NCBI GenBank assembly: GCA_043228905.1
Contig: JBHGNT010000001.1
Location: 19,964,001 to 20,028,000 of the forward strand
Reading direction: 5' to 3'
From: Azolla caroliniana
Taxonomy: Eukaryota; Plantae; Polypodiophyta
DNA length: 64,000 bases
Shown here: positions 63,100 to 64,000 of the stretch, piece after piece
Layout: each line of letters opens with the position of its first letter
How positions within the stretch are numbered: the stretch's first letter is position 1
Made by a program: the position numbers and the translations under genes
The notes under the pieces: model-generated
Databases searched by the model: none
What the model saw: only the letters and a program-made list of their open reading frames with translations
Told to the model about the DNA's origin: nothing

Positions 63100-63174
63100 C
63101 TGAGTCCAACTGTATGCTTGCTCAGCTGTACACTCTGGTGTAGTGGGATGTGACAAAGCAAAAATGATGGGTCT
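63100..63174 (-). CDS. Malic enzyme exon; upstream exons lie beyond the window
   Basis: RPIIFALSHPTTPECTAEQAYSWTQ; 75 nt, AG/GT borders; possible upstream donor ATGAAG|GTATT at 63991. Confidence 0.88.
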
Positions 63175-64000
63175 CTAGAACAAAGTAACAAATTCAGTTG
63201 TGTAAATTACAAGAATTATGATAGCAGAGAGGAAAGCTGAGTGAACTATTCTCAGGAAATCTAGTCAAAATAAAAAGATCTATCCCTTATATTGTGATCT
63301 GGTTTTCTACTTCATCACTCTTGCTGTCCTGCAATCTTACAGCAACACCGATTATAAACTATATTTGATAAAACAATTGTATTTATGAGGAAACGAGGAA
63401 ATGTATCTACAATGCCACATAGGTTTCTTCAAAACACTGTTCAACATTCTCTATATCATTGCTGAAAATTCAAGAATATTAGAGATGTTTTTTCACCTGC
63501 ATTTATATTACAAACATTCACATAACCAAGATTATGGAGTGAAATTAAGCCTAGAGAGGCAAATTAGCTGCAAGCTAAGATTACTGAGTCAGATTAAGTC
63601 TAGAGAGGTAAAATAATTAGACGTCCTTTGTCAAGACAGATTCAGGATTGGCTGGTTTACGTTGCTGGGTATACTATGTGGTGCATCCACTGTTCGACAG
63701 TAAGCTCAGAGGTATTTGGTGGGGAAAATAAATTCTCGCAATATCTCTCATCACTCTTTAAATTTGTAATTATTGCTAGTTCCAAGTTTGGGAACATTGG
63801 TCCTCAGCTCTATCATTCTTGTAAGCCATATTTACCTGGACAGCTGGGCTTAAAATCTCACCGATCTACTAGAAGACTGTATATAACCCAGGGGTTAAGC
63901 ACATTGCAACCCAATCTCCCCGTTGTGCTACGAGTATTACTAAAAAAACACTACAGATTTATAGGTGACATTCTAGTATTCGTCTAATACCTTCATAAGC

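Noticed and set aside
63628-63987. 119-aa plus-strand ORF
   Set aside because: Lies antisense within a malic-enzyme intron and has no recognisable domain

Overview
Eukaryotic, land-plant-type genomic DNA. Positions ~1-54.8 kb are one deeply nested retrotransposon stack. Most junctions can be placed to the base from TG...CA LTR ends, 5-bp target-site duplications (TSDs), PBS and PPT. My labels: an old Ty1/copia host K (minus strand) probably sits in an older LTR (L). K carries copia A, a Tcn1/Tf1-sushi-like gypsy J, copia C, a pol-less gag-only gypsy D and a solo LTR S. J holds a full-length LINE (itself carrying copia B) and copia A2. D holds copia G and gypsy E; E holds copia H; H holds the deleted gypsy F. 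All elements are degenerate. The last ~9 kb hold two convergent host genes: a two-coding-exon SUVR3-type SET-domain gene (+) and the last five exons of a malic enzyme gene (-) with substitutions in normally invariant motifs. Main leads: (1) inverted-repeat arms enclosing the PPT/3'-LTR junction in five families from both superfamilies; (2) -1 frameshift signals in two gypsy elements; (3) a self-priming PBS in J; (4) a copia family with two PPTs and a long charged pol tail read through to the LTR; (5) the divergent malic enzyme. Lineage names come from motif recognition, not from searches.
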